Shown: positions 49,601 through 63,100 of the stretch, in pieces | How positions within the stretch are numbered: position 1 is the first letter of the stretch | Layout of the letters: each line of letters opens with the position of its first letter | From: Cenococcum geophilum | Taxonomy: Eukaryota | NCBI GenBank assembly: GCA_050273025.1 | Contig: CP158635.1 | Location: 8,866,001-8,930,000, forward strand | DNA length: 64,000 bases | Direction: 5' to 3' | Notes under the pieces: generated by a model | The model's database searches: none | Seen by the model: the letters and a program-made list of their open reading frames with translations, nothing else | What the model was told of the DNA's origin: nothing | Program-made: the position numbers and the translations under genes

Positions 49601-52600
49601 AACTATATGTAATAATAGGCTTCCGCTAATATATATAATGTCGATGATAATACAGTAGTTAAAATTAATGTTATCCCATAAGGTGAAGCGGAACCGTCCT
49701 AGTGACTTCCCGTGCTTTTAGCAATAGTGATAGTACTTGGTAAGATATTTAAGAGTCTTCTTATTAGTATCGTGGCTAGCTTAGTTTAGTACTTTCTACA
49801 GCCTTTTAACTAATAGGTGGCCAAACCGACGGTGTAGTTATTGTAGTTTCGTGTCTATTAGGTAGTAAGGGTTTAAATTAAAGGATTCTAAAAGATAAGT
49901 TTATAGAGAAGTGTTCCACATAAGAAAGGGGTAGCCGAACTGTTGTACTACTAGCACTTCCTTAGTACGGGTGACGAGGACATTCTTAAGGTTATTATAG
50001 TATACCTATAGCTTATCTATATCTGCTAGGCAGAGTAGGAATAGTATATTGGCTTAAACGATATAAAACTGTATCTCGCCTATTAGACTGTTAATATATA
50101 TAGTTCTAATTAAGGAAGCAGTACCTATTCCGAACTGTATATTAACTTAGCCCTTTATTAAGGTGTCTAATTTTATAGATAAGTCCGCAGTTTATAGTGC
50201 CTAAAATTGTTTATAACTAGCCGTAGACTTTCTTAAAGCTCCTATATCTATTATAATGCCTATAAACACGGTTAAGGTGTATTATAATTTAGCGTTAGCA
50301 CTGTATGCGAAAGGATTAGTGCTTAGAGCGGTTATAGCGGTTTCTGTTATATTTACCGCTGTTAGTAAGTAGGTAAAGGCTTTATTGGCCAGCTCTATGC
50401 TTATAAGGGTTGCTTTATTAGGTATAAGGTCTTTAAAGGTTATAAAGTAGGTAGTAGGAGGTTGCTTTAGCTTTTCTAAACTAAGTTTAGATCTAATGTC
50501 TATAATAAGCGTTTTAAAGATCTTATTGAAGTCCTCTAAATCCTTACTGTTGTCTCCTTCGCAGTTAATAATGTACTGCTTAAAGCGTTCTTTAAAGCGG
50601 TTGTTAAACCGTCCTTTAGTTTAATTACTAAAGCGGCTTTTATATTCCTCCTTAGCCTTATTACGTTCCTCCTTTATATGTCTCTATAAACGGCAATCCT
50701 TTTTCTAGTAGATATAGCAACGTCCCTTAGATCTGCTGTTACTATTAAATTGTCTATATATTTGGTTACGGCTAAGATTTCGGTTATTTCGGTCGCGATT
50801 TTGGTTATAGTAGCGGTAATCCGTAAAGAAGGTAGTATATACTTCTTGGCTAGGGTGTTCCTTCTCCTATATAACAATTAAAGACTGCAATTTGTTAATT
50901 AACTAAGATAAGTCTTCTCTAGGGTTTAAGACGGCAATTTTATAAGTAGGAACTCCCTAGCAAGCCATAACTAGTTTATTAGTAAGAAATAGTGGTGTTT
51001 AAAATTTAGAGTTAATTCTATACTACTGCTTGCACAGCTTGTTAATTAGTAGCTGAAGACACTAGTATATAGGCTTGTTAGTATTCGCGTCGATAATGCC
51101 TTATAGTGTAATTGCGTTCCATTCCGCGAGGTTTTTTCTATAAAACTTAGGTCCTTTAAAGAAGTTCCGCATATAGGTGTATACTTCTAGGTATATTCTG
51201 GCTAAAAGGGTACGGTTGTAGTAATGATCTTATATAAGTCCCTTTAGTATAGTAGGGAATGTAATTATATAATCGTTTGGTTGTAGGCTAGCTCTTCTAT
51301 AAATATCTTCGAAGATAGTTAATTTAAAATTAAAGCTTTCGCTAACTCCATCATATTTCTAGCTATCTATATACATCTTTGCTACTATAGTAGCCTCTTT
51401 ATTATATAAGGCTGTTCCTCCTACTCCTAAGTCTAGTTGCTGCTGTAGGGTAGATTATAATAGGGTATACTGCTATTGGCCAGGTTGCTAAGGGTTATGC
51501 TAAAGGTGATACTGCTATTAGGTAGCAGTTGGCGCAGTTTGCCGGGGTATAGGTATTATAGGGGTAGGTGTTATAGGGGTAGGTGTCTGTGTTCTAGGCG
51601 GTATTAAAGCTATAGCTATAGGCTAAGCTGGTTTTAGGCTAGTAGCTAAACCTATAGCCAGACCGTCGCGGGTGGGATTAAGTCGATCTTATAAGCTTCT
51701 AGTGTTCAGCGGTCCCTTTGTCTTATTAATAGCTGCTATAAGGTCCTTATTCGTCCATTCACATTATTCTTCTTCTTAAATAATATCAAATAATATATTA
51801 GAGAGGGTAATTTTGGCATTATGCTTGGCAATATACACTCCTCTTTTAAGTAGGTGTTTTTGTAGCTTAGCTCTAGTATCCGAACGCATCTTTTAAAAGT
51901 CTTTTAGGGTAAACTCCTTAAATTCTTTTTAAAATATAGTCCACAGGGTATTGTCTAAGAAGTCCTCCTTTTTATATATATAAATCTTTGTTTCTATAAA
52001 CTCCGCTAGTTCGTCCTTTATAGTCTCGCCTAAATTAATTCCGCTACTGTGTTTCCTGACCTTTATAGCCCATTCTTATTCCTCCACTAATGCCATAGTT
52101 GTAGGTATAAGGGTAGGTGTAAGAGTTGAGGTTAAAGTTAAGGTCGGGGTTAAGGGTTATATGTACGTTCTCTACAGCTGTTAGGCCTATAAAAGTGTTC
52201 TTAGCAAGACTGCTATTCTCTTAGCGATCTATTGTATTGGCTGTAAGGCTAGTATAAATTCTCTTAAGCTTAAGGGAGGTTGTAATCTTCTCTAAGTAAA
52301 GATATAATTCTCTAGGCGATTTGACGCGTTAGTAGTTAAGCTAATACGTGGTCTTAAGCTTTAAGGGTAATATAGCTTTCTCCTTTAACTAAAATAGGGC
52401 GATAACTCTGTGATCTGACGCGTTAGTAGTTAACTAATGCGTGGTTTTAAGCTTTGCTATTGCGTATTTCCTAATCTATACGTCTACTAATTAGTGTTGG
52501 TATATATGCTTTAATCAACGTGCATAAATATCACTGTATTGCGATACGTATGCGGCGTTAGTTATTAGATGATTGTTTGGTCTCTAATGTAGTGTTGATA

Positions 52601-52665
52601 GTATATATACGCGTCTCGCGTAGATCACGTGCTTTATACACGTGATATAAATATACATACCAACA
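46604..52665 (-). mobile_element. Full-length Copia LTR retrotransposon, GalEa-like
   Basis: 171-bp LTRs at 46604-46774 and 52495-52665. 5-bp TSD CTAAA; the empty site is visible in Gypsy copy B. RT GL(Q)T(DD)TL at ~48115-48140. RNase H TD(S)KSL..EKRL..NPADAM(T)K in ORF 47219-47503. Integrase fragment in ORF 49346-49534. Palindromic CTAATTAG instead of a tRNA PBS next to the 5' LTR. Confidence 0.95.
46905..47092. repeat. Decamer array (AAATTCTGCC) in the Copia 3' UTR
   Basis: aattctgcca units with a ~29-bp higher-order period. Confidence 0.9.
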
Positions 52666-55084
52666 CTAAAAGATCTATAGATAAATATATATGAAAATTA
52701 AAAAGTAAAGTATATTCTAAAGAGTATAGTAGAGCATTTTATAAAAGATTTCTATAAGGGAATAACTTAAGGATATAATGGAGCAATAGGCTTAGTGTTA
52801 AAACTTTAGAAAGAATACATTATTAATAGAATCTGGAATATTATAAGAAAAGTAATAAAGAAGTATCTAAATTGCTAAAGAAATAAACTAATAAGGTATA
52901 AGCTATATAGGGGGCTATAACCTATTAAAATATTAGAGAGATTATAGGAGGTTATATTATAGGACTTTATTATTAAATTACTAAAGTTAAGATATCCTAT
53001 TACTAGATAAGAGCACGATATAATTTTAGTAATAGTAGATAAGTTAACTAAATGGGGCTACTTTATAGTATGTATAGAAGAAATCTTAGCAGAAGATATC
53101 GCTAGAATCTATATTAAAGAAGTATTTATAAGATATAGAGTACTAAGCAAGATTATATTAAATAGAGATTTAAGATTTATAGTAGTATTTTAGGAGGTAT
53201 TCTTAGCGGAGTAAGGAGTTAAAGTAGTAGCTTCTATTATATATTATCTATAAATAGACAGATTAATAAAAAGATTAAATTAGACGCTAGAATAGTATCT
53301 AAAATATTATATTAATTACATATAGAATAATTAGGTATTGCTATTACTAGTTATATAGTTTATATATAATATAATACTATAAGAAGGAATAGGCATATTA
53401 CTATTTAAGGCAAACTATAGATACGAGCTAAGAATATTATTATTACTATAATAAGCGAAGAAAATAAGTAGTACAGCTAAAGAAAGGATAAAGATACTAA
53501 TAAATCTTTATATAGACCTTATAGAATTAGTAAAAAAGGTATAAGAGAGAATAAAAAAGTACTATAACGCTAAGAGATCTAAGGGACTAAATCTTAAGGA
53601 AGGAGATAAAGTATAGCTATTATATAAAAATTTTAAGAGTTAATAACTAAGTAAGAAGTTAAACTATGTTAGACTAAGACCTTTTAAAATTATTTAGAGG
53701 ATTTTACTAGTTATATTTAAATTAACCTAACTAGCTAAAATAAAGATCCACCCTATATAGTATATCGCAATACTAGAGCTAGTATATAGGAATATTAAGC
53801 CACTAGTTTATAAAGCAGACACGTATAGAGGATAAGAGGAAGATAAATAGTAAGTTTTAAAGATCGTTAGTTATAAAGATATTAATGATAAAATATAGTA
53901 TAAGGTTAAGTAGATAGGCTATACTAAGACAACCTAGGAACTACTATAAAATCTAAAAAACGCTATAAGAAAGATATAGGAGTATTAGAAGAAATTAAGT
54001 TAGGTAGCATTAATAAAGAAGGATTGCTAAAGAATAAGTTACCTATATTAGGATTTTTTTTGGGCTCGTTATTACGGTTTATGGTAGGTAAATATAGTCG
54101 ATAGCAATTTGCGCAAAACGCACGTTTTATAACAAAATCGCAGCACCTAATAGCAAATTACGGCAAAATGCTACCCCTATAAATAAATTGCAGCAAAACG
54201 CTACCCTATAAATAAATAGCGCGTAAACTATATAAATTGTAAAAACTATACAAACTATAAAAACTGTACAAATTGTAACTATATAAATAATAATTATATT
54301 ATATAATAACCAAATTATTATATATTCCTATAGATTTCTATAATATACTTTTAAATATATTTATATTATAACTATATAAAATATAGAGCTATCTACTTTA
54401 GGTATTAAGGGGGAAGCCTCTCGCAGAGGCTCTAAATTATCTACCTATCTACCTACCTACCTGCCTGCCTGCCTGCCTACCTACCTACCTACCTATCTAC
54501 CTACCTGCCTACCTACCTACCTGCCTACCTACCTACCTACCTACTTACCTACCTGCCTACCTACCTGCCTACCTACCTACCTGCCTACTTACCTGCCTAC
54601 TTGCCTACCTACCTATCTATCTATCCGTCTATACCTACCCATTTATACCTATATATTTATGCCTACCTATCTATACCTACCTATCTATACCTACCTGTCT
54701 ATACCTACCTATCTGTACCTACCTGTCTATATCACCTTAATTTAATTAATTAATTAAATCGTTTATTGTGTTTACTGGCTAGTTGTTTAAACGGTTATTA
54801 TATAGCTCTGGCGACGGTCGTCTAGCTCTAACGACGGTTATCTAGCTCTGACGGTTATCTAGCTCTGGCGATAGTTATCTAGCTCCGGCGATGGTTGTCT
54901 GGCTCTAGCGATAGTCGTCTGCTAGCTGTCGTTTTAGTGTCTTTCTAGGTAGGATATAAGGAAGGGTAAAAAAATAAGGTGGCTACCTAGGTGTATATAA
55001 GGGGTATACTTAGCAGAGGCACGTATTAAGGCTATTGGGAATATAGCGGGGACCTAATAGTAGTGTGTCGCGCGTATATATAAA

Positions 55085-55945
55085 GGCTTTATATAGAGCT
55101 TCGTATAGAGCCTCTATACGCAGAGCTTCGCGTAGAGCCTTATATAGAGCTTTATATAGAGCTTTATACAGAGCCTCGTATAGAGCCTCTATATATAGAG
55201 CTTTATATAGAGCCTTATATAGAGCCTTATATAAAGCTTTATATAGAGCTTTATATAGAGCTTTATATAGAGCTTTATATAGAGCTTTGTATAGAGCTTT
55301 ATATAGAGCTTTATACAAAGCTTTATATAGAGCTTTATATAGAGCCTTATATAGAGCTTCTATACGTAAAGCTTTGTATAGAGCCTTATATAGAGCCTTA
55401 TGCAAAGCTTTATATAAAGCTTTATGCAGAGCTTTGTATAGAGCCTCTATACGTAGAGCTTTGTATAGAGTATTATGCAGAGCTTTATATATAGCTTTGT
55501 ATAGAGCTTTATGTAAAGCTTTATGTAAAGCTTTATATAGAGCTTTATATAGAGCTTCGTGTAGAGCTTTATATAGAGCTTCGTGTAGAGCTTCGTGTAA
55601 AGCTTTATATAGAGCTTTGTATAGAGCTTTGTATAGAGCTTCGTACAGAGCCTCGTATAGAGCCTCTATACGTAGAACTTTGTATAGAGTTTTATATGGA
55701 GCCTCGTGCAAAGCTTCGTGTAGAGCTTCGTATAGAGCTTTGTATAAAGCTTTGTGTAGAGCTTTATACAGAGCTTTATATAGAGCTTCGTGCAGAGCTT
55801 TATATAGAGCTTTGTGCAGAGCTTTATATAGAGCTTCGTGTAAAGCTTTATGCAGAGCTTTGTATAGAGCTTCGTGTAGAGCTTCGTGCAGAGCTTTGTG
55901 TAAAGCCTTATATAGAGCTTTGTATAGAACCTTGTGTAGAATCTC
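55085..55945 (-). repeat. 12-bp minisatellite, ~70 units, strongly RIPed
   Basis: agagcttcgtgc units grading into agagctttatat; produces the 319-aa and 374-aa pseudo-ORFs. Confidence 0.96.
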
Positions 55946-55947
55946 TA

Positions 55948-56186
55948 CATTAGGATTTTTTTTAGGCATGTTATTGCAAGCGAAAATCGGGGTCTATAAA
56001 ACCTGCGTAAGTTACAATTTTAGCAATTTGCACAAACATATAGATTGGGCAGGCGCGTGCATAGGTAACCTATGTGTTTGTAGCAAATTGCTGCAAATCG
56101 CCGCAAATTGCCAAAATTGCGACTTACGCAGGTTTTGCAGACCCCGATTTTCATTTACAATAACGCGCCTAAAAAAAATCCTAATA
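55948..56186. repeat. Fold-back palindrome (MITE-like unit), copy 2
   Basis: Homologous to 24587-24854, with a short deletion in one arm. Confidence 0.92.
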
Positions 56187-57155
56187 TAAGGGGGACCTAA
56201 GAAGAGTAGTTACCAAACTACTTAGATCTATTTCCTTTTTAGCTAGAAGAGAATCCGTTTTTTTATTACTAAGTTCCTATAAACCTTATTCTATAAGTTT
56301 TTACTCCTTAAAATAACCCTTTTTACAAACTTTCTTAAGATAAAGTAACTAAGCAGATGCTATAATATAAGTATTTAAGGCCTTCTATTCTGTATTATAA
56401 GAATATTCTAACTTAATAAGAGCTTAAAATAACTCGCTATTAAGATAAGTAGTAGTAGATTAAATATAAGACCCTAAGATAAATTAACTAGGGAACTAAA
56501 TAACTATTAAGGATAATAAAACGTGTATATTTAGTATTAGATATAAAACAAACGTTATAGAATAAGTAAATATTTACTTTAGTGTACTCTAAATAAGAGG
56601 ACAGTTATTAAGAGAATAGACTCGCTAATATAATATAAACTAACCCCTCTTTTGTATAATAAGAATATAGAAATAGTATAATCTTACTAAGTAATAATAT
56701 TATAGTAATAGTGCGGGCATAATATTAAGCGTATAAAGAAGAAGGAGCTTTAGGTATAATAAGTAACAATATTAACTAAATTAATTAGATGGATATTATA
56801 CCTCTAGTAAACAACTTAGAGATATTAAAAGTTTTTAAGGATAAAGATAGAAAGAAGGGAGATAGTATTACGGATGCTTTAAGTACAATATTATAACTAC
56901 TAAGAGAGGAGTTAAAAGTAGCTAGTTAGTTAATTAAGGTATAGTTTAGAATAGAGCTAATAGAACTATATAATAAGAAATAGTAACTAAGGTTATATAA
57001 CGTGCTATATATTAAATAAGAGAAATAAGAGGAACTTACGTACCTTATATATAAGACGTACTTTACGTATAAGGAGGATTTCTTAAAAGTATAGTTGTGT
57101 ATTTAAAGGACTATAGTCCCTACTTAGATAGTTCTTCTCCTTTATAATAAAGCCT

Positions 57156-60100
57156 TATAGTAGGAACTACGGTAAACTTATTAATAGGCTAGGTATATAG
57201 GTAAATAAGAAGTTAATAACGTAATAATAACTAGTAGAGTAGTTACCTAACAGATTAACTCTAATTATATTCTGAGATTTACTACAAAGAAGAGAACTAT
57301 TTAGGTAGGGATTATAGTTCTTTAAATATATAACCGTACTTTTAAGAAATCCCCTTTATATATAAGGTATATATACTTTACTTACTCTATTATAAATTCT
57401 ATAGATCTTATAGATTATATAGATTACGTTATATAACCTTAGTTACTATTCCTTATTATATAGCTCTATTAGCTCTATCTTAAACTATACTTAAATTAAC
57501 TAACTAGCTTCTTCTAACTTCTCTTTAAGTAGTTATAATATTATACTTAAAGCGTCCATAACACTATTTCCCTTCTCTTTATCTTTGTCCTTAAATATTT
57601 TAAATATTTTTAAGTTATTTATTAAAGGTATAATATCTATCTAATTAATTTAGTTAATATTGTTACTTATTATACCTAAAGCTTTTTCTTCTTCTTTAAC
57701 TATTTATTATATTCGCACTATTACTATAATATTATCTCTTAGTAAGATTATACTATCTCTATATTCTTATTATTTAAAAGAGGGGTTAGTTTATATTGCG
57801 TTAGCGAGTCTATCTTCTTAATAACTATCTTTTTACTTAGAGTGCACTAAAGCGAATATTTATTTGTCCTATAATATTTGCTTTATTTTTAATACTAAAT
57901 ATATATAACCTATTACTTTTAATAGTTATCTAGTTCCCTAATTGATTTATCTTAAGGTCTTATATTTAATTTACTGCTACGCGGCTAGATAATAAACTAT
58001 TTATTGCCCTAGTAGAATTACGTTATTTTTATAATACTAAATAAGAGGTGGCCAATGCTTAGCAACGGGCCCTTAAGTCTTATCTTACTGCGTTTACTTA
58101 GTTAATCCGTCTTAAGAAGGTTTATAAGAAGGTTTATTTTAAGAAGTAGAAACTTATAAAATAAGGTTTATAGGAACTTAGTAATAAAAAAACGGATTCT
58201 CTTCTATCTAAGAAGAAAATAGATTTAAGTAGTTTAGCAACTACTCTTCTTAGGTCCCCCTTAGGTAACTTATTCTTTAGTAATTTTTTTTATTAATACT
58301 ACCTAACCTAATCTCTTCCGATACTCCTATACCTTTTTTATAGCGTTTTTTAGATTCTCTAGTAGCTTCTAGGTAGTCTTAGTGTAGCCTATTTACTTAA
58401 CCTTATACTATATTTTATCGTTAATATCTTTATAATTAACGATTTTTAAAACTTGCTATTTGTCTTCCTTTTATCCTCTATATATATCTGCCTTATAAAC
58501 TAATAGCTTAATATTCCTATATGCTAGTTCTAGTATTATAATATACTATATAGGGTAGATCTTTATTTTAGCTAGTAGGTTTAACTTAAATATAACTAGT
58601 AAAATCCTCTATATAATTTTAAAAGGTCCTAGTTTAATATAGTCCAACTTCTTACTTAGTTGTTAACTTTTAAAAATTTTATATAGTAGCTATACTTTAT
58701 CTCCCTCCCTAAGATCTAGTCCCTTAGATCTCTTAGCATTATAGTACCTTTTTATTCTCTCTTATACTTTCTTTATTAATTCTATAAGGTCTATATAAAG
58801 GTTTATTAGTGTCTTTATTTTTTCTTTAGCTATACTACTTATTTTCTTCGCTTGCTATAGTAATAACGATATTTTTAGCTTATATCCATAATTTGCCTTA
58901 AATAGTAATATGCCTATTCCTTCTTATAGCGTTATATTGTATATAAACTATATAACTAGTAATAACAATACCTAATTATTCTGTGCGTAATTAATATAAT
59001 ATCTTAGATACTGCTTTAGTGTTTAATTTAGTCTTTCTATTTAACTGTCTGTCTATAGATAATATATAGTGGAAGTTACTGTTTTAACTCCTTACTCTAC
59101 TAAGAATACCTCTTAAAATGCTGCTATAAATCTTAAATCTCTATCCGATATAATCTTACTTAGTACTCTATATTTTATAAACACTTCTTTAATATAGATT
59201 CTAGTAATATCCTTCGCTAAGATTTCTTCTATATATACTATAAAGTAGCCCTATTTAGTTAACTTATCTACTATTACCAAGATCGCGTTATAATCTTATC
59301 CGGTAATAGGGTTTTTTAACTTTAGTAACTTAATAATAAAGTCCTATAATATGACCTCCTATAGTCTTTCTGGTATTTTAATAGGTTATAGCCCTTTATA
59401 TAGCTTATGCCTTATTAGTTTATTTCTTTAGCAATCTAAATACTCTTTTATTACTTTTCTTGGGATATTCTAGATTCCATTAATAATGTATTTTTTTTAA
59501 AGTCTTAATACTAAGCCTGTTACTCTATTATGTCCTTAAGTTATTCCTTTATAGAAATCTTCTATAAAATGCTCTGCTATACTCTTTAGGATATACTTTA
59601 CTTCTTAATTTTTATATATATCTATCTATAGATCTTCTAGTTATATTTTTATAATTCTCTATACCTAAAAGCTTTTTAGTATCTTATAGACTCTTTCTGC
59701 TTTATTATCCTCTTAAGTTACTACTAGTTTAGGGTGGTTATATTTAATCTATCTATCCTTATCTTTACGTAGTATTGCTCCTAATAGTTTTTTTTATTAT
59801 TTTATAGTTTAGCTTTTCTATTAAGTGCGTTTACTCTTATATTCTTAGTTCCTTTAGTATACTAAATCTTAAAATAGTATTCTATAAGTATCTTTGCCTA
59901 TTTAACCTATCTCTAATTAAGTTCTTTTATTATTAGAAACCCTATTAGGTTTTTATAATCTATTTTAACTATAAATAGTTTTTTTTATACCTTATAAGAA
60001 TGCTCTCTATCTCTTAAGTGCTATAACTATACCTAATAACTCCTTATTATAGACGTTATAGTTTAACTCTAGTAGTGTTATCTTTCTACTATAGTATAAT

Positions 60101-63100
60101 ACTGGGTGCTATGCGTCCTTATACTTCTATAGTAAGTATACTCCTAATATATAATCTAATATATCCGTTTCCACAACTATGTCTAGTCCTAGTTAATAGA
60201 TTTTAAGGATTAGTTCTTAGGTAAATAATTCCTTAAGTTCCTTAAATAACTTTTTTTATTTATCTCCCTATATCTATAGTTCCTCTTTCTTAATAAGCCT
60301 AGTAAATAGTTTAATATTTTTTAACTATTATGCTATAAACCTTTTATAGTAGTTACAAACCCCTGAAAATAACCTTAACTGCGTTATATTCTCTAGTTCT
60401 TACCAACTTACTATAACTTTAATCTTCTTTAGGTCCATACTAATATAATTTAGTTTAATAATAAATTTAACGAAATTAGTCTTCCTTATAAAGAACTCGT
60501 ATTTTTTAATTACTACTAGTATCTATTCTTCTTATAGTCTCTTTAAAACCTATTTAACGTATTCCCCGTATTCTCCCTTAGTTATTAAGTAGATAATTGT
60601 CTGTATGAGTAGAGGTTACGTGGTCATGTCTCTGATTAGTCATCCTTACGGTGACTCATCAGCCCCCTATTTAGGCACCGCGATCCTTACGATCCTCGGC
60701 AAAAGACACGAATGAATCAAGAACCAGTTACCTTGTATTGCAATTGCAGTACCCCCCCGGGTGATACCGACAATAATAATATTATTAAGGTATACTATAA
60801 TAAACTTATTAAGGTGTTCTTCTAATACGCTATTAATTCGTTTCTAAAATGTTACTAGTGCGTTTATTAATCCAAATTATATAATTAATGGTTTATATAG
60901 TCCTTTTCTTAACCTAAAGACTACCTTCTATTTATCGCCTTTCTTAATTTTAATCTAATAGTACGCCTATCTTAGATTTATCTTTATAAAGATTTACATA
61001 TTACCTATTTAATCTTAAATTTCGCTAATTAAGGGTAAAGGATACCTATCCTTTTAAGTAATACTATTTAACTATTTATAGTTAATGCATAGCCTAAGTT
61101 TCCTATTTTTCTTTAGTATAAATAATACTGGATAACTTACTAATAACTGCGATGGTTTAATATATCCCTTTTATAGGTTCTTTTAGATAAACTCTTTAAG
61201 TACTCTAAACTTTTCTTCCGTAAGCTTATAGGTTAGAAAGAACCTTAAACTTATTCTTAGTTTTAACTCTATCTTATAGTCCTATACTATATAATCTACT
61301 AGCTTTTTACTTTCTAGGCTCTATAGTTTTTTTACTATACTTATAGTATCTCTTTAGTATATAACTTAAGCTTCGCTTAGTCTCTTTATATATCGCTTTA
61401 ACTTAGTACTATATTAACTTAGTTTGCTATCGCGTTTTATAGCATTATATATCTCTAATATTAACCTAACCTATAATCTAATTAATCCTTAGGTTATATT
61501 TCTATAATTAAGGTATACCTAATACTGCCTTATTCCGTCCTAATGGTAAGATATTAAAAAATATCTTAATTTATCTCCCTTTAATGGTTATCTAAATAGG
61601 TCCTATTTTAAGATTAATAATCCCTCCTCTATAGGCTATTGGATCTCCTAAAATTATAACTAATAGGTAAGATTACTCCTTCTATCTATAAGGTAATCCT
61701 ATTCTTTTAACTACTACTAATAAGATATAGTTTTGCATTACTCTACTATCTATTAGCGCTTTAAACTGCTAATCTTACTATTTAACTTATAAATTTAGGT
61801 ATTGTCCTTAAATTCCTTTAAGGGTCTAAGGCTTTACTACTAGCTCCCTCTAATTTTATAGGCCTCTACTTTTCCTAACTATTAGCTACTTAATCCTATT
61901 ATGCTTGGCTTACTCTTTAGCTAATACCTAGTTTACTTTTTATTCTTTATATACTATAGATATATATTCTTTAGGCATTTTTACTACTATTATCCATCTA
62001 AGTATTCTTCTATAAGGAATTATTTTAGTTAAAGTATTAAGTCTCCTAACTCTTAAACTTCTATTAAATGCCAGCCGTATATATACTTAGAATTTCTATA
62101 CTATTACTTATCTAGCGCCTAATATATCCTTATAGGGTATTTCCAATTCTTTTCTTTTAGACCCTTGTGTATTTTATATATATTGTCTATATATGCAATT
62201 TATAATAGCGTATAGTATACTAGGTGCTTTAGGTTAACTCTTAACTTATCTTTATTTTTAAGTTTAAACCTCTATTATGTTAATCTAAACGTTATAACTT
62301 TATTTATAGGTACTAAGATACGTTATTTACTTCTCTAGTCCTCTAATTATTCCTTTAGATCCTTTAACGTTATAATTAAGGCTCCTTTAATATAAGTTAT
62401 AGCCTTCTCTATAATCGGGTAGTCCTAAATAACTTATTTATCTAACTACATATAAAAATCTTCCTACTCGTTATTATATCATTACCTATACTACTTTTAG
62501 TATAGCTGCTAGAGTATATATAGCTTATCTATAAGGAAGTATTTTCTTATTACTATATTATAATAGCCTTTTATATATTGTTTTTTAAACCTAGTAAAGA
62601 TCTTTAGATCCTTTTTATCTTCTAGTTTAATAAGCTACTTAGCTCTTAGTATACTTACCCTAGGCCTATTAGTAATTCTTTATATAGGTGCTCTATCCCT
62701 TATACGCCCTAATATACTAGATCTCTTATCTAGTTTCTATTCTTACTATACGATAATTCTTTGCCTAAACTCTTTTATAGTTTCTTTTAGTTTACATCTT
62801 ATAAATAGATCCTTAAAGTCTTCTTACTTTTTAATCTTAGTATTAATACTTTAATCCTATTGCTAAGCCTTACTCGTAATTTCTTTAATAGTCCTTATTC
62901 TATTACTGAAATCTTAGTCCTATAGGATTTTTAATCCTAAGCTTACTTTTATCTTAAGCTTAACTCTAGCCTTAGTCTAACTAGGCTTTACTAGTATTCT
63001 TATCTTATCTTAAGAGTCTTAAATCTTACTTATCTCGTTTTAAGAGTTTTATACCTTTAGGAAACTTCGTCCTAAGCTTATTTATATATTGCTAAACTAA

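Larger units (their letters stand above)
54046..56186 (-). mobile_element. Non-autonomous composite TIR element, copy 2 (heavily RIPed, inverted relative to copy 1)
   Basis: TATTAGGATTTTTTTT...AAAAAAAATCCTAATA with 2-bp TSD TA. The empty site GTTACCTA|AGGGGGACC is seen in Gypsy copy B (~58253-58270). Contents: (CCTA)n 54440-54730, 15/18-mer 54800-54925, 12-mer 55085-55945, palindrome 55948-56186. Confidence 0.92.
43013..57155 (+). mobile_element. Ty3/Gypsy chromovirus, copy A (5' part missing at Starship junction; 3' LTR cut by copy B)
   Basis: Protease LIDSG (~44669). RT YL(DD)IIIY (~45629). Integrase and chromodomain at 52700-53990. PPT AAGAAGGGAGATAG, then a partial LTR at 56866-57155. 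Colinear with the reverse complement of 57156-63625. Confidence 0.92.

Noticed and set aside
55010..56189. 319-aa and 374-aa ORFs (KALY/HEAL, RALY repeats) as coiled-coil proteins
   Set aside because: They are translations of a stop-free 12-bp minisatellite inside a non-coding TIR element, open on both strands and in several frames.
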